DNA of 32,817 bases from Mollicutes bacterium (GCA_012838395.1 DUPI01000008.1:1-32817); one strand, 5' to 3'; shown: positions 1 through 10,743, numbered from the stretch's first letter. Notes: generated by a model from the letters alone, not told the origin. Numbers and translations are program-made.

Positions 1-47
1 ATTGTTCCACGTGAAACATTAGATTGTCAGAAAAATATTAAAAAATA

Positions 48-76
48 TTGCTTTTTTATGAAAAATGTTATATTAT
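48..76 (+). promoter_or_regulatory. sigma-A-type promoter for the SRP RNA gene
   Basis: TTGCTT (48-53), 17-nt spacer, TATTAT (71-76). The -10 ends about 7 nt before the first base of the SRP RNA helix. Confidence 0.5.
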
Positions 77-82
77 TTAAAC

Positions 83-158
83 GACACAACATATATAATC
101 GAAGCAGGTCAGGATTGGAAGATAGCAGCCTTAAGATTCCCTATATGTGTGTGTCTTT
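83..158 (+). ncRNA. ffs: Signal recognition particle RNA, minimal 4.5S-like form (domain IV hairpin only)
   Basis: AGGTCAGG-ATT-GGAA-GAT-AGCAGCC (106-130) matches the E. coli 4.5S core AGGUCAGG-UCC-GGAA-GGA-AGCAGCC, including the GGAA tetraloop. GACACAACATATATAATC (83-100) pairs with GATTCCCTATATGTGTGTGTC (135-155). A T7 run follows (156-162). Confidence 0.8.
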
Positions 159-187
159 TTTTATGATAATAAATAAGGAGTGCTATT

Positions 188-625
188 ATGGAAAAAAAAT
201 ATATGGAAGTGGCGTTACATGAAGCTCAAAAATCATATAAAATTGGTGATGTTCCTGTTGGAGCTGTTATTGTTAAAAACGGAAAAATAATTTCGAGAGC
301 TCATAATAAAAAGGAAAAAACACAAATAGTAACCCATCACGCTGAAATAATAGCTATGCAAAAGGCTTGTGCAAAATTAAAAAGTTGGAGATTAGATGAT
401 TGTATATTATATGTAACATTAGAACCTTGTTTAATGTGTTATGGAGCAATATTGCAATCTCGGATATCAAAAGTAGTATATGCTACAACATCTCAAAAAT
501 ATGGTTTTACAAAAATTATTAATAACTCTAGTAAAAATAATAAGAATGTAGTTTTATTAAAAGGAATTTGTGAGAAAAAATCACAAAAATTATTAAAGGA
601 TTTTTTTAAAGATAAAAGGTATTAA
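188..625 (+). CDS. tadA: tRNA-specific adenosine(34) deaminase
   Basis: CMP/dCMP deaminase zinc motifs HAEIIA and PCLMCYGAI. AAGGAG sits 7 nt upstream of the ATG. Position next to dnaX matches Bacillus synteny. Confidence 0.9.
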   Translation: MEKKYMEVALHEAQKSYKIGDVPVGAVIVKNGKIISRAHNKKEKTQIVTHHAEIIAMQKACAKLKSWRLDDCILYVTLEPCLMCYGAILQSRISKVVYATTSQKYGFTKIINNSSKNNKNVVLLKGICEKKSQKLLKDFFKDKRY

Positions 626-647
626 CGTTTAAATTCAATAATAAAAA

Positions 648-656
648 TGTTATAAT
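648..656 (+). promoter_or_regulatory. Extended -10 promoter element upstream of dnaX
   Basis: TGtTATAAT at 648-656, about 20 nt upstream of the dnaX ATG. No good -35 was seen. Confidence 0.35.
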
Positions 657-675
657 GAAATAGCGAGGTGGTAGA

Positions 676-2418
676 ATGCATCAGTCTTTATACAGAAAAT
701 ATAGGCCTCAAACATTTGATGATGTTGTAGGTCAAAAAGTTATAATAAAAAGTTTGAAAAATGTAATTTTGAAAAATAAAATTAGTCATGCTTATTTATT
801 TACAGGACCAAGAGGAACTGGTAAAACAAGTGTAGCAAAAATTTTAGCAAAAACGGTAAATTGTGTTAACTTGACAGATACTTCACCATGTAATGAGTGT
901 GTAAGTTGTACGCAAATAAATCAAAAACAAACGGTTGATGTTATTGAAATAGATGCGGCATCTAATAATGGTGTTGATGAAATCAGGGAATTGAAAAGTA
1001 AAGTTTCATTAGTACCCACAGTAGGAAAATATAAAATATATATTATTGATGAAGTACATATGTTAACAATAGGTGCTTTTAATGCATTGTTAAAAACATT
1101 AGAAGAACCACCAGCACACATAATATTTATTTTAGCTACTACAGAGCCACACAAGATACCAGAAACTATTTTGTCTCGCTGTCAAAAATTTGATTTTAAA
1201 AGAATAGATGACAAAAGTATGGATAAACGTTTAAAATATATATGCAAATCAGAAAAAATAGATATAGAAGATCAAGCATTAGAAGAAATTATTAGATTTT
1301 CTTCTGGTGGTATGCGAGATTCAATTAGTTTGTTGGAACAAGCACAAGTTTATAGTGATTCAATAATAAAATTAGATGATGTACACGAAATAAACGGAAC
1401 ACTTCCCCAAAGTCAATTAAAAGAATTAATTGAAAATATAATTGACAAAAATCTTGTGGAGGTATTTAAATTACTGGAAAAGTATGATGAACAAGGAAAA
1501 AATTTAATAAAACTCGTAGAGGAAATAATATTATTTTTTAAAAACATAGTTATTCTAAAAAATACCAATAGCTACATAGCTGAAAATATTTCCCGGGAAA
1601 TATATAATGATATAATAACTAAGATATCTATTGAGGAAGCATTTCAAAATATATCTAAAATATATAATTACCTGAATAAAATGAAAAATTATAGTAACCC
1701 TAAATTAGTTTTTGAATTATTGATGATTTCTTTAGTTTCAAATGAAGGTGAGGAAAATAATAATTATAAAAATAATGATTCAAATATAGAAAGAAAAATG
1801 ACTGTAATCAATAACCAAACTAATGACGATAATCAGATTTTAAAAGAACCAATTAAAAAGGAAAAAACAGATATAATAAACAATGACAATATACATTTAA
1901 CAACTGATACTCAAAGTGTCCAAAATCAAGAGTTAATAAACAAAATAAAACATATAAGAGTAAATAATACTTTTACAAACGCGAGTAGAGCTATTTTAAA
2001 TCAAATAAAAACAGATGTAGAATTATCAAGAAAATACATATTGGATGCTAATTTTGGTAAAATAGCTTCATTGTTAATAGATGCTGAAATAACAGCTGCT
2101 AGTGACAAAAATATTGTTTTTGTCTATACACGTAATAGTATGACAATAAATTTTAATAGTAATATCTTGAAAATCGAATCGTTTATACCAAAAATATTTG
2201 ATAAAGAATACAATGTTATTGCATTAAACAAAGATGAATGGAGTAAGTATCGCAAGGAATATAAAAGTAAAACCAAAAAGTATACTTACATTGATGAAGA
2301 TAAATCTATAAAAGATTTTCTACAAGATCAAATAAAAGGAAAAGTTATAAAAGATGAAATTCATAATTTATTTGGTGATGTAATTGAATATAATACAAAG
2401 AAAGAAGGAATAAAATGA
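676..2418 (+). CDS. dnaX: DNA polymerase III subunit gamma/tau
   Basis: N-terminus YRPQTFDDVVGQ, Walker A GPRGTGKTS, zinc module CVNLTDTSPCNECVSC, and the SRC motif (ILSRCQKF). The C-terminal half carries a low-complexity N/D/Q-rich linker. Confidence 0.95.
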   Translation: MHQSLYRKYRPQTFDDVVGQKVIIKSLKNVILKNKISHAYLFTGPRGTGKTSVAKILAKTVNCVNLTDTSPCNECVSCTQINQKQTVDVIEIDAASNNGVDEIRELKSKVSLVPTVGKYKIYIIDEVHMLTIGAFNALLKTLEEPPAHIIFILATTEPHKIPETILSRCQKFDFKRIDDKSMDKRLKYICKSEKIDIEDQALEEIIRFSSGGMRDSISLLEQAQVYSDSIIKLDDVHEINGTLPQSQLKELIENIIDKNLVEVFKLLEKYDEQGKNLIKLVEEIILFFKNIVILKNTNSYIAENISREIYNDIITKISIEEAFQNISKIYNYLNKMKNYSNPKLVFELLMISLVSNEGEENNNYKNNDSNIERKMTVINNQTNDDNQILKEPIKKEKTDIINNDNIHLTTDTQSVQNQELINKIKHIRVNNTFTNASRAILNQIKTDVELSRKYILDANFGKIASLLIDAEITAASDKNIVFVYTRNSMTINFNSNILKIESFIPKIFDKEYNVIALNKDEWSKYRKEYKSKTKKYTYIDEDKSIKDFLQDQIKGKVIKDEIHNLFGDVIEYNTKKEGIK

Positions 2419-2711
2419 ATATCCAAAATATGATGAAACAAGTTCAAAAAATACAAAAAGAAATGATGGTTGAAAAATCAAAAATTGATGAAACGGTATT
2501 TACTTCAACATCTTCAATTGTAAGTGTTCAAATGAAAGGTAATAAAGAACTAATAGATGTTAAAATAATGTCAGATGAAATTACCAAAGATGATATCGAG
2601 TTATTAGAAGATATGATTTTAGTTGCGGTTAATGATGTAATAAAACAAATAGAAAATGAAACAGAAAATAAATTAGGTAAATATACACAGGGAATGCCAG
2701 GTATTTTTTAA
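2415..2711 (+). CDS. ybaB: Nucleoid-associated protein YbaB/EbfC family
   Basis: 98 aa. The MNIQNMMKQVQKIQKEM start and C-terminal GMPG are typical of the family. ATGA overlaps the dnaX stop. Conserved dnaX-ybaB-recR order. Confidence 0.9.
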   Translation: MNIQNMMKQVQKIQKEMMVEKSKIDETVFTSTSSIVSVQMKGNKELIDVKIMSDEITKDDIELLEDMILVAVNDVIKQIENETENKLGKYTQGMPGIF

Positions 2712-3310
2712 TGAATTATCCTCCTACAATTAAAAATCTAATAGAATGTTTTAAAAAATTACCTGGAATAGGTGAAAAAACCGCAGAACGTTTATCACTA
2801 TTTACATTAAAATTAGATAATGAAGTTATTGAGTTATTTTCTAAATCTTTAACTGATGTTAAAAGCAAAATTAAAAAATGTAAAATTTGTAATAATCTTA
2901 CAGAGAACGACAAGTGTGATATTTGTCTAGATGAAAACCGAAATTCTAAAATAATATGTATTGTTCAAGAAGCTAAAAATATTATTATGATGGAAAAATC
3001 AAATGTGTATAATGGACAATATCATGTTATTGAAAATTTAATTTCACCATTGGATGGTGTAAATCCTTCAGATATAAACATTTCAACACTCGAATCTAGG
3101 ATAAAAGAAAACGGTGTAGAAGAAATTATAATTGTTTTAAAACAGAGTATAGAAGGGGAAACAACGACCTTGTATATAACTAAAATATTAGAAAAAACAA
3201 ATGTAAAGATCACTAAAATTGCACAAGGAATTCCTCATGGTGCTGATATGGATTATATCGATTATTTAACTTTAGAAAAAGCAATAGAAGATAGAAAAGA
3301 AGTTTCATAA
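2711..3310 (+). CDS. recR: Recombination protein RecR
   Basis: Helix-hairpin-helix KLPGIGEKTAERL, zinc finger CKICNNLTENDKCDIC, and a Toprim region. 1-nt overlap with the ybaB stop. Confidence 0.95.
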   Translation: MNYPPTIKNLIECFKKLPGIGEKTAERLSLFTLKLDNEVIELFSKSLTDVKSKIKKCKICNNLTENDKCDICLDENRNSKIICIVQEAKNIIMMEKSNVYNGQYHVIENLISPLDGVNPSDINISTLESRIKENGVEEIIIVLKQSIEGETTTLYITKILEKTNVKITKIAQGIPHGADMDYIDYLTLEKAIEDRKEVS

Positions 3311-3348
3311 CCTTAAAATATCCTCATAAAATGTTTTAGGAGGATATT

Positions 3349-3537
3349 ATGTTAAAAAAAATTTTTTCAATCATTAAAAAAGTAATATATAGTTTCTTTC
3401 TAATTTATGGATATAACGTATTAGCTTCTCCATTAAATTTGATAATTCCAATAAATATTATAACTGTGGCATTAGTTATGTTATTTGGATTTCCAACATT
3501 GATTTCATTAATAATAATTTATTTACTTATTTTTTAG
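3349..3537 (+). CDS. bofA: Small membrane protein, BofA-like (pro-sigma-K processing inhibitor family)
   Basis: 62 aa with two hydrophobic segments. The segment SPLNLIIPINIITVALVMLFGFPTLISL resembles B. subtilis BofA GIHVPINLVTTAISGILGIPGIAAL (from memory). AGGAGG RBS. Position after recR matches Bacillus. Confidence 0.6.
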   Translation: MLKKIFSIIKKVIYSFFLIYGYNVLASPLNLIIPINIITVALVMLFGFPTLISLIIIYLLIF

Positions 3538-3546
3538 GAGGTAGAT

Positions 3547-4512
3547 ATGCTTAATAAATATATGATAGATCAACCAGTTGCTTGTAAAATATTAGAAAAC
3601 ACCATTAGAAGAGAAAAAGTTTCTCACGCATATCTATTTATTTCTAACCAGTATTCTAAAACAATGGATTTAGTAATTGATTTTGCTAAAAAAGTATTAA
3701 CATATAATATTGAAAATGAAAAATTAAAAACTAAAATTATTAATGAAATAGACAATGGAAGTTATAGTGACTTAATTATTGTTGAAACAGACGGTTTGTG
3801 GATAAAAAAAGAATCGATTGACAATCTTCAAAAAGAATTTAGTAAAAAATCAATCATTGGTAATAAAAGAGTATATATAATAAATAATGCTCATAAATTG
3901 AATTTATCGTCTTCCAATTCAATTTTAAAATTTTTAGAAGAACCAGAAAAAGATATAATTGCAATTTTAATCACCGACAATAAATACCAATTGTTGGATA
4001 CGATTATATCAAGGTGTGTAAATATTAACCTTAATAAAGATAAAATCAAAACATTTAATAAAGAGATCTCTTTAAAAGAAAAAATAGCTAATAATATTTT
4101 TAATAATGAAAAAGAAAAAAATGCTTTTTTAGAACACGAGAATTCTGAAGATTTTATAAAAAATATTGTGAATTTTATAATCTTTTATGAAAAAAACACA
4201 CACCAAACAATTCTATATTTAAATAAATTGTGGCACGAAAAAGTTAAAGAAAAAAAGGATATAATAATAGCTTTTGATCTAATGATAATGTTTTATAAAG
4301 ATCTGTTAAATAGACTATTTAATCGTAATATTGAAAATTTTACTGATTATAAAAACGAAATCGAAGAAATGTGTGATAAAAACACAATAGAAGAAGTTTG
4401 TGACAAAATAAACATAATAATTAAAATGAGAGAAAAAATAAAATATAATGTTAATAATAAATTATTAATGGACAAGCTCATTGTTAAATTAGGGAGTGAT
4501 AATTGTGGTTAA
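3547..4512 (+). CDS. holB: DNA polymerase III subunit delta'
   Basis: VSHAYLF motif, LKFLEEP, and SRC (ISRCVNI). 321 aa. GGAGG RBS. Confidence 0.85.
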   Translation: MLNKYMIDQPVACKILENTIRREKVSHAYLFISNQYSKTMDLVIDFAKKVLTYNIENEKLKTKIINEIDNGSYSDLIIVETDGLWIKKESIDNLQKEFSKKSIIGNKRVYIINNAHKLNLSSSNSILKFLEEPEKDIIAILITDNKYQLLDTIISRCVNINLNKDKIKTFNKEISLKEKIANNIFNNEKEKNAFLEHENSEDFIKNIVNFIIFYEKNTHQTILYLNKLWHEKVKEKKDIIIAFDLMIMFYKDLLNRLFNRNIENFTDYKNEIEEMCDKNTIEEVCDKINIIIKMREKIKYNVNNKLLMDKLIVKLGSDNCG

Positions 4513-5302
4513 GGTAGTCGGAATTACATTAAAAGAAGGTGGAAAAATTTATTATTTTTCTCCCAATAATTTTCAATTAAAAAAAAATATGACAGTGATA
4601 GTAGAAACTGAAAGAGGATTACAATTTGGACGTCTTGAAACTGGCGTTATTGAAATCGAAGAGTCGAAAATAAAATCCCCGTTAAACAATGTTATTAGAA
4701 TGGCATCAAAACAAGATTATTTAAAACATAAAAAAAATATTAAAGATGCACATATAGCGATTACTGTTTGTAAAGACTTAATTGAAGACTTGAATTTAAA
4801 AATGAAGATAATAAGTGCTAATTTTACTTTTGACCGTAGTCAACTTCAGTTTCATTTTTTAGCAGATAAAAGAGTGGATTTTAGAGAATTAGTTAAAGAA
4901 TTAGCAGCAATATATAAAACAAGAATTGAATTAAGGCAAATTGGTGCTAGAGATAAAGCTAGAGAAATAGGTGGAATCGGACAATGTGGACGTATGATGT
5001 GTTGTGAAAAGTTTTTAAACAATCTTGATAACATAACAATCAACATGGCAAAAAATCAAAATCTTTCATTGAATCCATCTAAAATAAATGGTTCTTGTGG
5101 AAGATTGTTGTGTTGTTTGAAGTTTGAAGAAGACAATTATAAAAAATGCAACAAATGTTTTCCTAAAATTGGATCAAAAATAAAAACAAAAAAAGGTGAA
5201 GGAATAGTAAAATCTGTAGACGTTTTAATTGGCAAATACAAAGTAGATATTCCTGATATTGGAATAATTGAAGTGGAAGCGAAAAAAAATGCATGTTGTT
5301 AA
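4505..5302 (+). CDS. ricT: PSP1-domain regulatory protein YaaT/RicT (stage 0 sporulation protein YaaT family)
   Basis: Close colinear similarity to B. subtilis YaaT: KIYYF, RVDFRELVKELAAIYKTRIELRQIG, CGRMMCC, NLSLNPSKINGSCGRLLCCLKFE. I prefer the GTG at 4505 (GGGAGTGA RBS 5 nt upstream) over the track's GTG at 4496, which lies inside the RBS. Confidence 0.85.
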   Translation: MVKVVGITLKEGGKIYYFSPNNFQLKKNMTVIVETERGLQFGRLETGVIEIEESKIKSPLNNVIRMASKQDYLKHKKNIKDAHIAITVCKDLIEDLNLKMKIISANFTFDRSQLQFHFLADKRVDFRELVKELAAIYKTRIELRQIGARDKAREIGGIGQCGRMMCCEKFLNNLDNITINMAKNQNLSLNPSKINGSCGRLLCCLKFEEDNYKKCNKCFPKIGSKIKTKKGEGIVKSVDVLIGKYKVDIPDIGIIEVEAKKNACC

Positions 5303-6008
5303 TTATTTGTTAGGATACAAAAATTTGAAAATTTATCAAAATAGAGATATGTTTAATTTTTCATTAGACTCTGTCTTATTACCAAATTTTGTTACAATTA
5401 ATTCTAAAGCAAAAAAAATATTGGATATTGGTTGTGGTAACGCACCGATATCTTTGATATTAACTACCAAAACAAAAGCACACATTATAGGTGTAGAAAT
5501 TCAAAAGGATGTTTTTGAGTTAGCTGAAAAATCTGTTGAAATTAACAATTTAAATAATCAAATTTCATTAATAAATGATGATATTAATAGATTAGCTAAA
5601 GAGTGGGAAAGTGATATGTTTGACATAATTGTATGTAATCCTCCCTTTTTTAAATTAAATAATAATTCTAGGTTAAATGAAAATGATTATAAAACAATTG
5701 CGAGACATGAAGTAAGTTTAAATCTTGATAAATTAATGAAAATAAGTCGCAAATTACTGAAAAACAACGGAATTATTTCAATTGTTCACCGACCAGAAAG
5801 AATGATTGAGATAATTGAAGTAATGAGAAAAAATAATATTGAACCTAAAAAAATACAAATAATATATCCAAAAAAAGAAGAACAAGCCAATATTCTGTTA
5901 ATCGAAGGTCGTAAAAATGGTAAGAGTGGTTTAACAATTCTCTCACCGATATTTACACATAAAGAAAATGGAGAGTATACTGAAACAATAAAAAAATATT
6001 TTGAATAG
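5289..6008 (+). CDS. SAM-dependent methyltransferase, YabB/TrmN6-like tRNA (adenine-N6)-methyltransferase
   Basis: SAM-binding ILDIGCGNA and N6-adenine catalytic motif NPPF (VCNPPFF). Position yaaT-yabB-rsmI matches Bacillus. The start is assigned to the ATG at 5289 (MHVVNYLLGY...). The track's 5268 start lies deeper inside ricT. Confidence 0.75.
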   Translation: MHVVNYLLGYKNLKIYQNRDMFNFSLDSVLLPNFVTINSKAKKILDIGCGNAPISLILTTKTKAHIIGVEIQKDVFELAEKSVEINNLNNQISLINDDINRLAKEWESDMFDIIVCNPPFFKLNNNSRLNENDYKTIARHEVSLNLDKLMKISRKLLKNNGIISIVHRPERMIEIIEVMRKNNIEPKKIQIIYPKKEEQANILLIEGRKNGKSGLTILSPIFTHKENGEYTETIKKYFE

Positions 6009-6017
6009 AGGGATAAT

Positions 6018-6857
6018 ATGTCTCAAAAAAGTTATGATAATACAGCATCATTATATTTAATCCCAACCCCGATAGGGAATCTAGAAGATATAACTTTAAG
6101 GGCTGTAAAAACATTAGAAAATGTTGATGTTATTTTTGCGGAAGATACAAGAGTAACAGGTCAATTGTTAAAGCACTTAAATATTAACAAGAAGATAATA
6201 TCAAATTATGATTTTAATGAACTAGAAAATTTAAATAAATTACTTGATTATTTGAAAAAAGGTTATAATGTGGGTTTGGTATCTGATAGAGGGACTCCTG
6301 TAATCAGTGATCCAGGATTTGGATTAGTACAGATGGCGATTAATAATAATTATCATGTTATTGCATTACCTGGACCAACCGCATTAATTCCAGCATTAAT
6401 TGTTTCCGGAATCGAACCTTCACCTTTTTTATTTTATGGTTTTTTAAATAGCAAAGAAGGAGTTCGTAAAAAGGAATTAGAAAAATTAAAATTTTTAGAG
6501 TTTACAATTATTTTTTATGAATCTCCACATCGCATCGTAAAAACATTAAATAATATGCTTGAAGTGTTGGGAAATAGGAAAATTAGTATTTCCCGGGAAA
6601 TAAGTAAGAAATTTGAAGAAGTTTATCGAGGTAATATAAAAGATATAATTAATGAAGTTAATAACATAAAAGGTGAATTAGTGATAGTTGTTGAAAAAAA
6701 TAAGGAAGAAAATAGTTATAGTAATTTAAGTATTGTTGAACATGTTAATTTATATATAAAAGAAGGTTTAGAAAGTAAAGAAGCTATAAAAAAAGTCGCA
6801 CAAGATCGTAAAGTTGCAAAAAAGGAAATTTATAATGATTATCATAACATTAAGTAA
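6018..6857 (+). CDS. rsmI: 16S rRNA (cytidine1402-2'-O)-methyltransferase
   Basis: N-terminus LYLIPTPIGNLEDITLRA and VIFAEDTR, plus tetrapyrrole-methylase-fold motifs GTPVISDPG and FYESPHR. Confidence 0.9.
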   Translation: MSQKSYDNTASLYLIPTPIGNLEDITLRAVKTLENVDVIFAEDTRVTGQLLKHLNINKKIISNYDFNELENLNKLLDYLKKGYNVGLVSDRGTPVISDPGFGLVQMAINNNYHVIALPGPTALIPALIVSGIEPSPFLFYGFLNSKEGVRKKELEKLKFLEFTIIFYESPHRIVKTLNNMLEVLGNRKISISREISKKFEEVYRGNIKDIINEVNNIKGELVIVVEKNKEENSYSNLSIVEHVNLYIKEGLESKEAIKKVAQDRKVAKKEIYNDYHNIK

Positions 6858-6869
6858 AGTGGGTGTTTT

Positions 6870-7436
6870 ATGAAATTAATAGTAGGGTTAGGGAACCCAG
6901 GAAAAGAGTATGAGAAAACTCGTCATAATATAGGATTTGTTATGATAGATGCATTAGCTAAACATAATAGCGTTAATCTAAGTAAAGAAAAATTTAATGG
7001 TATTTATGGAGAATATTTACATAATAATGAAAAAATTATTCTTTTGAAACCGTGCAAATTTATTAATCTGTCAGGTGAAGTTATTAAGAAATTTGTTGAT
7101 TATTTTAAAATAGATATTGAAGATATACTAATAATTTGTGATGATTTAAATATTAATGTTGGTAATATTAAATTAAAATGTACAGGAACATCGGGTGGAC
7201 ATAACGGTTTGAAAAATATAGAAATGCATTTAGGAACAAAAAATTATAAGAGATTAAAAATAGGTATTTCACATAATAATTTAAATGATGTACGTGATTA
7301 TGTTTTAGGAAAATTTGATCAAAAAGATTGCAAACAAATAGAAAGTATAATTAATCAAATTCCATTAATAATAAAAGATTATTTAGAATTATCGTTTGAT
7401 GTACTTATGAATAAATATAATAAAAAACAAAAGTAA
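6870..7436 (+). CDS. pth: Peptidyl-tRNA hydrolase
   Basis: MKLIVGLGNPGKEYEKTRHNIGF, DDLNINVG, GGHNGLKNI. Confidence 0.95.
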   Translation: MKLIVGLGNPGKEYEKTRHNIGFVMIDALAKHNSVNLSKEKFNGIYGEYLHNNEKIILLKPCKFINLSGEVIKKFVDYFKIDIEDILIICDDLNINVGNIKLKCTGTSGGHNGLKNIEMHLGTKNYKRLKIGISHNNLNDVRDYVLGKFDQKDCKQIESIINQIPLIIKDYLELSFDVLMNKYNKKQK

Positions 7437-7446
7437 CGGTGATAAA

Positions 7447-10400
7447 ATGGAAAATATTTTCGAAATCAAGCCCGAAACTGAGTTGATTATAGGATTAAAT
7501 AAGGAATTAAAATGTTTATACACTTATAATAGATTTATTAAGACAGACGAATCTATTGTTTTTTTGGTGAATACATTATACGAAGCAACGAATATGTACC
7601 AAATTTTATTACATTATACTAATGATGTATTGCTTTTTCCTATGGATGATTTTTTAACTAGTGAAGCTTTAGCAATGAGTCCAGAATTAATGGTAACACG
7701 ATTAGAAACAATTCAATCAATTATAAGAAACGAAAAAAAAATTATTGTTACAAATTTAATGGGTTATCTTCGTTTTTTACCACCTAAAAAATTATTTATT
7801 GATAACGTACTCGAGATTCAAATAAATGATGAACGAAAAATAGCTGATATTTTAAAAAGTTGTAATAAAATGGGCTACAAAAGAGAAACTCTTGTTAATA
7901 AAACCGGCGAGTTTGCAGTTCGTGGATTTGTGTTTGATATTTTTCCTATAAATGAAAAAAACCCAATCAGATTAGAATTCTGGGGTGATGTGGTAGAATC
8001 TATTCGTGTTTTTGATGTTGATACTCAAAAAACAATCAAGTCACTTAATAGAATTGAAATTTATTCAAATACTGAATTTTTGATTAATGATGAAATCGAT
8101 GTTAATGAAGTGACTCAAAAAGATATACACAAGTATTTAAAACCGGTTAACATTTGCAATTATTTTAATAAATGTAAAGTAATAGTTGACAATTACAATG
8201 ATATAGAAGTAAGTTACAAATTTCTTCAAGAGGAGATTTTTAATTATCAGCAGAGTTTAAATTTAAAAGATGTTAAATATATGCATGATTTTTATGATTT
8301 ATCCGACGATTTTTTATGTTTAACAGATTTTGATAATGGACTTATTAAAACAAAAAACAAGATAATTTATAACTCGAAAGATATAGAACCATTTGGTAAT
8401 AGCAAAGAATTAATTAATAAACAATTGAATAATTACTTTTCTAAAAATAAAAAGATAATTATTTGCATGTCTAATAGAGAAAATGTTAATAAACTAATAG
8501 AAGAATTAGAAAATCCAAATCTTGTTTTTACATCAATTAATGAAATAATTGCAACAAAAATTAATGTTATTGTAAAAAAAATAAAAAGTGGTTTTGAACT
8601 TCCTGAAATTGTTGTAATTAGTGAAAATGAAATTTTTAATAAAAAAAATATTAAACCAAAATACAAATCTCGTTTTAAAATTGGAACTAAAATTAGTGAT
8701 GTAACTAAAATAAATGTCGGAGATTATATTGTCCATGAAATTCATGGTATTGCTAGATATACTGGTATTAAGAAAATTAAAAAAAATAATTTATACAAAG
8801 ATTATTTAACATTAGAATATCGTGGAAAAGATAAAGTATATGTCCCGGTCGAAAAGATAGAAACAATAAAAAAATATTCCAGCAATAGTAGTGTTATACC
8901 TAAATTAACAAAATTAGGAAGTTCAGAGTGGGCAAAAGCTAAATTACGTGTAAAACAAAAAGTTGAAGATATTGCTTTTTCTTTACTTAAATTATATGCG
9001 GAACGTGAGGCGACTAAAGGTTTTTCCTTTGCTAAAGATAGTGTGGAACAATTAGAATTTGAAAAAGAATTTAAATATACTGATACCATTGATCAAATAA
9101 AAGCAACCGAAGAAATAAAAGAGGATATGGAAAAACCATATCCTATGGATAGACTTTTGTGTGGCGATGTTGGATTTGGAAAAACAGAAGTGGCATTTCG
9201 CGCAATGTTCAAAGCTATTTTATCTAATAAACAAGTTGCTTTACTGTGTCCTACAACAATCTTATCTAGTCAACATTATAATAATGCTCTTGAAAGATTT
9301 AAATCGTTTGCTGTTAATATCGTTTTGCTAAATAGATTTGTTCCAAGTGCGAAAGTAAAGAAAATAGTTAGTGATATCAAAGAAGGAAATGTAGATATTG
9401 TAATTGGTACACATAGAATATTAAGTGATGATATTGTGTTTAAAGACTTAGGACTTTTGGTAGTCGATGAAGAACAACGTTTTGGAGTAAAACATAAGGA
9501 AAAAATTAAGAATTATAAAACAAATATAGATGTATTGACTTTGACAGCAACTCCAATCCCTCGAACTTTACAAATGACCTTTACAGGAATTCGTAGTTTA
9601 TCTTTGATTCAAACGCCCCCAGTTAATAGATACCCTATTCAAACTTATGTAATGGCGTATAACAATCAAATTATTAAAGATGCTATTTATAAGGAAAAAT
9701 CAAGAAATGGTCAAGTTTTTATTTTATATAATGATATCGAGAATATGTATTTGAAGGAATTAGAAATAAAAAAATTGTTGCCTGATCTTCGTATTACGTC
9801 AGCACATGGTAAAATGTCTAAAGGTGAATTAGAAAAAATAATGATGGATTTTTATGATCATAAGTATGATGTTTTACTGTGTACAACCATTATTGAAACC
9901 GGAATTGATATTCCAAGGGTAAATACATTAATAATTATTGATTCTGATCGTTTCGGATTGTCTCAGTTATATCAAATAAGAGGTAGAGTAGGTAGAAGCA
10001 ATAAAATAGCTTACTGTTACTTGATGTATGATAATCGAAAAATTTTATCTGAAGTTGCTACTAAAAGATTGAAAGTAATAAAAGATTTTACTGAATTAGG
10101 AAGTGGTTTTTCTATTGCAATGCGTGATCTATCGATTCGCGGAGCTGGTGATATTCTTGGGAGTGAACAAGCTGGTTTTGTTGATACCGTTGGTATTGAA
10201 ATGTTTTTAAAGATGTTAAACAATGAAATAAAAAGATTAAAAGGCGAGAAAGTTGAAGAAGAAGTAGAAATTGAAACTCCACCGTTGTTAGAGGTTGACA
10301 CTTCTATAAGAGATGAATATGTATTAGAAGAAGAATTAAAAATTGAAATTCACACTAAAATTAATACAATTGATTCATATGAAAAATTATACGAGGTCAA

Positions 10401-10734
10401 AACGGAAATAGAAGATAGGTTTGGTCCAGTTAATCAAAATCTTTTGATTTACATGTATGAAGAATGGTTTGAGAAATTAGCTAAAAAGTTAAATATTACA
10501 AAAGTAAAACAAACCAAAAACTTCATTGAAATAGAAATGCCAGAAGAATTAACAAATAAGATAAGTATTCAAAAAATATTTGTAGATGCAAGTAATATCA
10601 CGAGAATGTTTCGTTTTGGAATTAAAAGGAATAAGTTGTTAATAACTTTAGATACTCCAAAATTAGATAAGCACTTTATATTTTATTTAATTGAATTGTT
10701 AGAGTTAATTGAAAAAGATTATATCAAAAATTGA
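7447..10734 (+). CDS. mfd: Transcription-repair coupling factor
   Basis: 1095 aa. CarD/RID segment [15 protein letters not shown], helicase motifs [27 protein letters not shown], and [12 protein letters not shown], followed by a TRCF C-terminal domain. Confidence 0.95.
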   Translation: MENIFEIKPETELIIGLNKELKCLYTYNRFIKTDESIVFLVNTLYEATNMYQILLHYTNDVLLFPMDDFLTSEALAMSPELMVTRLETIQSIIRNEKKIIVTNLMGYLRFLPPKKLFIDNVLEIQINDERKIADILKSCNKMGYKRETLVNKTGEFAVRGFVFDIFPINEKNPIRLEFWGDVVESIRVFDVDTQKTIKSLNRIEIYSNTEFLINDEIDVNEVTQKDIHKYLKPVNICNYFNKCKVIVDNYNDIEVSYKFLQEEIFNYQQSLNLKDVKYMHDFYDLSDDFLCLTDFDNGLIKTKNKIIYNSKDIEPFGNSKELINKQLNNYFSKNKKIIICMSNRENVNKLIEELENPNLVFTSINEIIATKINVIVKKIKSGFELPEIVVISENEIFNKKNIKPKYKSRFKIGTKISDVTKINVGDYIVHEIHGIARYTGIKKIKKNNLYKDYLTLEYRGKDKVYVPVEKIETIKKYSSNSSVIPKLTKLGSSEWAKAKLRVKQKVEDIAFSLLKLYAEREATKGFSFAKDSVEQLEFEKEFKYTDTIDQIKATEEIKEDMEKPYPMDRLLCGDVGFGKTEVAFRAMFKAILSNKQVALLCPTTILSSQHYNNALERFKSFAVNIVLLNRFVPSAKVKKIVSDIKEGNVDIVIGTHRILSDDIVFKDLGLLVVDEEQRFGVKHKEKIKNYKTNIDVLTLTATPIPRTLQMTFTGIRSLSLIQTPPVNRYPIQTYVMAYNNQIIKDAIYKEKSRNGQVFILYNDIENMYLKELEIKKLLPDLRITSAHGKMSKGELEKIMMDFYDHKYDVLLCTTIIETGIDIPRVNTLIIIDSDRFGLSQLYQIRGRVGRSNKIAYCYLMYDNRKILSEVATKRLKVIKDFTELGSGFSIAMRDLSIRGAGDILGSEQAGFVDTVGIEMFLKMLNNEIKRLKGEKVEEEVEIETPPLLEVDTSIRDEYVLEEELKIEIHTKINTIDSYEKLYEVKTEIEDRFGPVNQNLLIYMYEEWFEKLAKKLNITKVKQTKNFIEIEMPEELTNKISIQKIFVDASNITRMFRFGIKRNKLLITLDTPKLDKHFIFYLIELLELIEKDYIKN

Positions 10735-10743
10735 TATAATCTT

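Noticed and set aside
3-18. The near-palindrome TGTTCCACGTGAAACA (CACGTG core) at the extreme left edge, a possible operator site.
   Set aside because: It is imperfect, with two symmetric mismatches. It is cut by the window boundary, so its gene context is unknown. I cannot assign it to a known regulator motif: it is not a Rex, CIRCE, cre, NrdR or Fur-type box.
676-2418. A programmed -1 ribosomal frameshift site in dnaX (E. coli type A-AAA-AAG plus a downstream hairpin).
   Set aside because: Several A-rich stretches exist (for example around 1855-1870 and 2268-2280). None combines a slippery heptamer in the right frame with a nearby stable stem-loop, and A-runs are expected by chance at this base composition.
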